From Thermoplasmatota archaeon (GTDB taxonomy: Archaea > Thermoplasmatota > E2 > DHVEG-1 > B18-G2), in contig JAPDJO010000065.1 of assembly GCA_029259115.1 (NCBI GenBank), positions 1 through 20,676 on the forward strand: DNA of 20,676 nt. The letters run 5' to 3'. The notes beneath the pieces were generated by a model that saw only the letters and a program-made list of their open reading frames with translations, did not search any database and was not told where the DNA came from. Positions 16,237-20,676 of this stretch are shown here, piece after piece (within the stretch, counting starts at the first letter, position 1; each line of letters begins with the position of its first letter). Position numbers and translations under genes: made by a program.

Positions 16237-17005
16237 AGCCTATCCTCATTCCATAGGCTTTGCAGAGAGCTTTTATTCTGTCATCTATATTATACCCTTT
16301 CGGCTTGTAACTCTCTGAGTAAAGTTCTCTAAGCTTATTTGCTATCTCAGGTGAATATTTACCCATGATGTGCAAAAATCTTTCTTTCACGTCTCCTTTC
16401 AACTCTAAATATTCATATATAAGATGACTTGCGCCTGCCTCTCTAGATAGTTTTATCATATCCTCTATATCCATCTCTGTCAGGAAGGGGATCACTGGGA
16501 AGATAGCTACGCCTGTTCTTATTCCTTCTTTTGATAATCTCTTCAAGGCTTCCAATCTTTGTGATGGTAAAGGTGCATTTGGTTCCAGCAACTTTGAGAG
16601 GTTGCTATCGAGGGTTGAGAGGCTGAAGGTGACTCTCACATCCCTTTCTTTTAATAAGTCGATGTCTCTCTCAACAAGATTTGATTTTGTTAGTATATGA
16701 ATAGGAAAACCTTCTTCAAGAAGAATGCTCAGTATCTCTCTGGTTATCTTGCTCTCCTTTTCTATCATCTGATATGCATCAGTTGAAGAGCCTATGATTA
16801 CCGTTGCCTTTTTAAGAGACTTTATCTCTTTCCTCAGCAGATCCGGGGCATTGTATTTTATGTAGATCGTATCCTCAGCTGCATCACAATATAAGCAAGA
16901 TATATCGCACTTCTGATAAGGATCAATAAGATATTTCCCTCCGAAAATCTTATCCTCCTTTGTCACTTCATTTATCAACCTATTGCATGATATCCATCTG
17001 TACAT
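16229..17005 (-). CDS. Radical SAM protein, SPL-like/Rv2578c-like (COG1533-type) family
   Basis: DPYQKCDISCLYC (CxxxCxxC), STDAYQ, ILTKS and EPNAPLPSQRLEAL. ATG at 17005 overlaps the argS stop (TGATG); the ORF track uses GTG at 17008. Confidence 0.82.
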   Translation of the reverse strand: MYRWISCNRLINEVTKEDKIFGGKYLIDPYQKCDISCLYCDAAEDTIYIKYNAPDLLRKEIKSLKKATVIIGSSTDAYQMIEKESKITREILSILLEEGFPIHILTKSNLVERDIDLLKERDVRVTFSLSTLDSNLSKLLEPNAPLPSQRLEALKRLSKEGIRTGVAIFPVIPFLTEMDIEDMIKLSREAGASHLIYEYLELKGDVKERFLHIMGKYSPEIANKLRELYSESYKPKGYNIDDRIKALCKAYGMRIGYE

Positions 17006-18735
17006 CACATCTCCTCTGGAGCATCTATCCCAAGGAGATGTAAGCCGTTTCTCAATACTATTCTTGTAGAATCTACAAGAGCTAATCTCTCTTTCTTTAG
17101 AATCTCGCTTTCAGCTTTCAAGACAGGACAATCTCTGTAGAATTGATTGAACTGTGATGCCAGCTCGAATAGATAGGAAGGTATTAGATGAGGTCTATTA
17201 TTTAAACAAGCATCTCTCACAACAATCGGAAATCTAGATAATGTCTTTATCAATAGTATCTCCTGTTTATGCTTCAGATTTTCTATATCTATCTTCTCTG
17301 GAGGTGACGCTTTTCTCAATATACTACAGGCTCTTGCATGAGCATACTGGATAAATGGTGCAGAGTTTCCTTCAAAGTTAAGAGCCTCTTCCCATTTGAA
17401 AACTATATCCTTCTCTGGCTGGATTTTTATTATATTATATCTTAAGGCTCCGATACCAACAGATTTAGCTATTTTCCTTAGTTTATCTTCGCTTAACTCG
17501 TTTCCCCTTCTCTTTTTCACCTCTTCATAGGCTCTCTCCACAGCCTCATCTATCAGGTCATCGAGATATATTACTCTGCCTCTTCTCGTGGATAGTTTTC
17601 CTTCAGGTAAAGTTACGAATGAATAGAATACAACCTTTGGTAATTTTTTGACCCCTAGAATTTTTAAGGCGATCTCGACCTGCTTGGCCTCGAGCTTATG
17701 ATCTTCTCCAAGTACATTTATCAGTATATCTGCCTGTTCTGCCTTCCACATATGATAAGCGATATCTCTAGTGGCATATAGAGTGGTACCATCACTTCTT
17801 GTAAAGAAAAATCTCGTATCCCTTCCTTTTATACCAAATTCTTTTAGATCTATGTACCAGGCTCCTCCTTCATGGGATGCATATTTACTCTTCTTTAAGG
17901 CAGAAACCACTTTATCAACGCTTCCGTCTCTGACAAATCTCGATTCTTCTATAAATGAGTTAAACTCTACATGGATCTCTTTGAGACTTTCTTTTATTCC
18001 ATCAAGTGCTTTGGTATATGCAGATCTGACCATCTCTATGGTTTCTTTGTCTCCTTTCTCGCATAGTCTCGTTATTTCGTTGATTTCTTCAGCAATCTTT
18101 TCATCTTCTTCCATGAGTTGATATGCCTTTTGATAGAATCTTACCAGATAATGATCTGGCTTATCCCTCAAAGGTTCAGGAAGTATGGAAGGATCTATAT
18201 TTTTAAGTCCCCAAGCTAGAATAGCTACTTGCTTACCAAGATCATCAACATAAAATTGAGCTTCTACATTGTATCCATAAAATCTGTACAACCTGACGAG
18301 AGTATCTCCAATTATAGGATTTCTCGCTCTTCCAACATGAAGGGGACCATTAGGATTTGCTGAGGTGTGCTCTATTATTACCTTCTCTCTCTTTTTCTCA
18401 AAACCACCGTATTGTTCATCGAGTTCCCTTATCAGTTTGACAGTTTCTTTAGCCAGTTTGTCTTCGTCTATAAAGAAGTTAACATAACCTCTGTCGGTCT
18501 CTATCTTCTTTACCCATCTCTTAGGTTGTATAACTCTCGTTATTTCCTCTGCTATGTCTACGGGCGATTTTTTCAAAATCTTTGCAAGGGGGAAACATGC
18601 GAAAGCAAGATCTCCGATATCAGGAGATGGTGGTACTTCTAGCTTTATCTCCTTAAGATTTATTCCCATATCCGTTAATGCGACTGTCAATGAATTTTCT
18701 ATCTCTTCCCTAAATTTATCTAACGGATATTTCAT
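17005..18735 (-). CDS. argS: Arginine--tRNA ligase
   Basis: EHTSANPNGPLHVGRARN (HIGH-like), RSDGTTLYATRDIAYH, KLSTRRG, FIQYAHARACSI and C-terminal GIDAPEEM. Confidence 0.97.
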   Translation of the reverse strand: MKYPLDKFREEIENSLTVALTDMGINLKEIKLEVPPSPDIGDLAFACFPLAKILKKSPVDIAEEITRVIQPKRWVKKIETDRGYVNFFIDEDKLAKETVKLIRELDEQYGGFEKKREKVIIEHTSANPNGPLHVGRARNPIIGDTLVRLYRFYGYNVEAQFYVDDLGKQVAILAWGLKNIDPSILPEPLRDKPDHYLVRFYQKAYQLMEEDEKIAEEINEITRLCEKGDKETIEMVRSAYTKALDGIKESLKEIHVEFNSFIEESRFVRDGSVDKVVSALKKSKYASHEGGAWYIDLKEFGIKGRDTRFFFTRSDGTTLYATRDIAYHMWKAEQADILINVLGEDHKLEAKQVEIALKILGVKKLPKVVFYSFVTLPEGKLSTRRGRVIYLDDLIDEAVERAYEEVKKRRGNELSEDKLRKIAKSVGIGALRYNIIKIQPEKDIVFKWEEALNFEGNSAPFIQYAHARACSILRKASPPEKIDIENLKHKQEILLIKTLSRFPIVVRDACLNNRPHLIPSYLFELASQFNQFYRDCPVLKAESEILKKERLALVDSTRIVLRNGLHLLGIDAPEEM

Positions 18736-18773
18736 TGATAAAGGAAAAAGGGGAAGAGGATTAAAAGGTTTAG

Positions 18774-19631
18774 CTAGAAGTATCCTCTCTTATAGAAGTA
18801 TATGATTACAGATATCGCTATCAGAGCTAGGAGTATTGTAATTACGATGGGCCATGGAATCTCTGTCGGTTTTGTTGGTTTTTCGTATGGATTAATTGCA
18901 CCAGACGCAGGATCGTAAACATAATCTACAACTCCATCCCCATCAGAGTCTATAAGATACTTGCCCTCTTCATTTTGCTCTACACTTGTCTTTGTGTTTG
19001 TCTCTGGATCATAGAATGTATCATAGATGCCATCGTTATCTGTATCTACTAGATAAGTTGTTTTACCATCTATGATAGGTTCTACATACTCATTTGCATT
19101 CTCTGGATCTGATCCAATCTCTTGTTCTAGAGTATCATTCAATCCATCGTTATCATCGTCAGGATCTACGGAATCTGGTAATCTATCGCTGTCTGTGTCT
19201 TTTGGATAGCTGCTAGCATTGTATGGATCTGTTTTATATATAATTTCTTCCTGATCGCTCCATCCATCGTTGTCTGAATCTGGCTGTATCTCTATCTGCT
19301 TTGATGTGGAATTTGACAAACCATCGTTATCAATAACTGTTAGAGTAATGGTGTAGTTTCCAGGTTCAGAATATGAATGAGCTATTGTAACTCCATATCC
19401 TGTTTCTCCATCTCCAAGGTTCCACGTGTAATTAACAATATTTCCATCCGTATCATAGCTTTGAGATGCATCTAATGTTATGGTCTGATTTACTAGAGCT
19501 GAGTCTGGTGCTGAGAATATGGCTACAGGTGGTTTTTGAGCTGTTGGTGCAGCTCTCAGTGTAACTGTCACAACAAGTACAAGCACAATCACTAGAATTT
19601 TTAACCAGTTCTTTATAAGAGGATTTCTCAT
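18774..19631 (-). CDS. Cell-surface protein: PKD domain, Asp-rich Ca-binding (TSP3-like) repeats, C-terminal TM anchor
   Basis: Signal peptide; PKD motif (LDASQSYDTDG...YTWNLGDG...HSYSEPGNYTITLTVIDNDG); DSDNDG/DTDSD/DDDNDG/DTDNDG/DSDGDG repeats; hydrophobic tail followed by YKRGYF; GGAGGT RBS. Confidence 0.88.
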   Translation of the reverse strand: MRNPLIKNWLKILVIVLVLVVTVTLRAAPTAQKPPVAIFSAPDSALVNQTITLDASQSYDTDGNIVNYTWNLGDGETGYGVTIAHSYSEPGNYTITLTVIDNDGLSNSTSKQIEIQPDSDNDGWSDQEEIIYKTDPYNASSYPKDTDSDRLPDSVDPDDDNDGLNDTLEQEIGSDPENANEYVEPIIDGKTTYLVDTDNDGIYDTFYDPETNTKTSVEQNEEGKYLIDSDGDGVVDYVYDPASGAINPYEKPTKPTEIPWPIVITILLALIAISVIIYFYKRGYF

Positions 19632-19782
19632 GTTTTTCTACCTCCCTACAGGCTTCAACACACATGATTGCTTTCTTCGGTGGGATTTCCGAGTCTAGAT
19701 TTCCTCCTCACCACATGATAGTGTTAACCGCAAACCTATTTTAAAAGTTTTTAGTTTTTTGCTGTGGACACTGTCAACTTTT

Positions 19783-20409
19783 TCACCTCCAGCATGGATT
19801 ATAGATAGCACACCACGCCATAGTCCAGGTTCTGATACCCTCCAGCGAGCTATGATATGGAAATCTCTTCCAGAATCTCTTTACCCTAGCTTTAAACAGA
19901 CTGTACCATTGCTCTATAGCATTTCTTTCTCCAAAGGTTTGATGATTGTATCTCAATCCCAATCTCTGCAGAGCCCATCTATACCATGGTCCTCCATCTA
20001 CTAAAATCAAAGGTTCATTCTCACAGCATTCCAGAACCTTTCTCAGGAAATACAATGCATCCAGAGATGTTCTGGTTGTGGAAACATGTACGGCTATAAC
20101 CTCGCGATTATCCATATCTATAGCATTCCATATGTAAATCCACTGATTTTCCAGTTTAACCTTGGTCTCATCTACCGCTATAGCTCTACGATGTTTCTTC
20201 TTGTGAACAAACAAAACCTTCAATCTAAAATACCATTTACGTAGAGCCTCATGAGAAAATGGCTCTATACATTCAAGGAGGTCTCTCACCTTTCTGTATG
20301 ATATACCCACCTGGTAGATTAAGACCGCTAGAACTTTGATCTCCAGGTTCTTCCTATCCCAACAAAAGATTTTTCTATCCATAATTATCTTCACAAGTCT
20401 GTCTAGCAA
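19783..20409 (-). CDS. IS6-family DDE transposase
   Basis: AVDETKVK, WNAID, LVDGGPWY and RNAIEQWYSLFKAR. TTG start preceded by GGAGGGG. Confidence 0.93.
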   Translation of the reverse strand: MLDRLVKIIMDRKIFCWDRKNLEIKVLAVLIYQVGISYRKVRDLLECIEPFSHEALRKWYFRLKVLFVHKKKHRRAIAVDETKVKLENQWIYIWNAIDMDNREVIAVHVSTTRTSLDALYFLRKVLECCENEPLILVDGGPWYRWALQRLGLRYNHQTFGERNAIEQWYSLFKARVKRFWKRFPYHSSLEGIRTWTMAWCAIYNPCWR

Positions 20410-20416
20410 TTTTATC

Positions 20417-20450
20417 CCCTCCTAGACCAGTTTGAATAGGTCTAGGAGGG
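20417..20450. repeat. 12-bp perfect inverted repeat over the transposase RBS
   Basis: CCCTCCTAGACC (20417-20428) and GGTCTAGGAGGG (20439-20450), 10-nt loop. Confidence 0.9.
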
Positions 20451-20527
20451 TTTAAACACTTAAATCCACAAAAAGTTGACAGTCTCATTACAGGGCGCTG
20501 TCAACATTAGTCTGAAAGAATAAAAAT

Positions 20528-20588
20528 AATTGCACCCCATTCCTCTTGCTCGAGGTGATATCCAAATGGAGGGGAATGGGGTGCAATT
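20528..20588. repeat. 16-bp perfect inverted repeat over the second transposase start region
   Basis: AATTGCACCCCATTCC (20528-20543) and GGAATGGGGTGCAATT (20573-20588). Confidence 0.9.
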
Positions 20589-20676
20589 GTTAAGAGATTT
20601 GTTGAGAGAAAAATCTATCGTCATAAGAGAAAGAACACCTGTAGAGATTATCCTCTACAGCGTGTTCCTTTACCTC
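20566..20676 (+). CDS. Probable IS6-family transposase, N-terminal part (3'-truncated by window edge)
   Basis: MEGNGVQLLRDLLREKSIVIRERTPVEIILYSVFLYL... parallels the first transposase's N-terminus (DRKNLEIKVLAVLIY). GAGGTGA precedes ATG 20566; alternative GTG start at 20581. Confidence 0.7.
   Translation, partial: MEGNGVQLLRDLLREKSIVIRERTPVEIILYSVFLYL

Larger units (their letters stand above)
19767..20486 (-). mobile_element. IS6-family insertion sequence (complete, 720 bp)
   Basis: Terminal inverted repeats GACACTGTCAACTTTTT (19767-19783) and reverse complement GAGACTGTCAACTTTTT (20470-20486), 16/17 identical, enclosing a DDE transposase. Confidence 0.9.
20494..20676 (+). mobile_element. 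Second IS6-family element, left end (runs off window)
   Basis: Begins GGCGCTGTCAAC, related to the first element's TIR (GACACTGTCAAC), followed by an open frame resembling the IS6 transposase N-terminus. Confidence 0.75.

Noticed and set aside
18900-19280. Asp-rich repeats in the PKD protein as a novel repeat system
   Set aside because: They match common TSP3-like Ca-binding DxDxDG repeats of archaeal surface proteins.
19725-19770. GCAAACC resembling the start of a c-di-GMP-I riboswitch
   Set aside because: Wrong strand for the adjacent gene, and the remaining conserved elements and stems are absent.
205-20137. Numerous short antisense or overlapping ORFs in the six-frame track (e.g. 362..670, 2468..2806, 3228..3599, 4702..5055, 5638..6099, 7645..8028, 17771..18121, 19759..20004)
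   Set aside because: They lie opposite or within well-supported genes and show the Ser/Phe/Leu/Ile-rich composition typical of shadow frames, with no motifs.
1-20676. CRISPR array, tRNA or rRNA genes
   Set aside because: No regularly spaced repeats or cloverleaf/rRNA-like segments were seen; intergenic gaps are short and otherwise explained.

Overview
Archaeal chromosomal segment. Tyw1, a GPN-loop GTPase, a DRG GTPase, GGTGA ribosome-binding sites and TATA boxes ~25 bp ahead of start codons point to an archaeon; a Thermoplasmata-like host is only an inference from gene content. Most genes are housekeeping: transketolase C-terminal subunit, DRG GTPase, carbamate kinase, pyrE, purD, GPN GTPase, tyw1 and argS, plus a secreted S8 protease and a PKD surface protein. 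Four things stand out. (1) An Mre11/SbcD nuclease plus a membrane-anchored Rad50/YhaN-like ATPase (835-4217) is bracketed like an integron gene cassette. An attC-like site lies just past the last stop codon and a complementary GTT core, with an attI-like tandem repeat, lies just before the first start, but there is no integrase in the window. (2) A two-TM membrane-anchored ArsR-type regulator faces a divergent surface-protein gene across two tandem 20-bp palindromic operators. (3) An SPL-like radical SAM gene is translationally coupled between argS and tyw1. (4) Two different IS6-family elements sit head-to-head at the right end, each with a hairpin over its transposase translation start. All calls come from reading motifs by eye; no searches were run.
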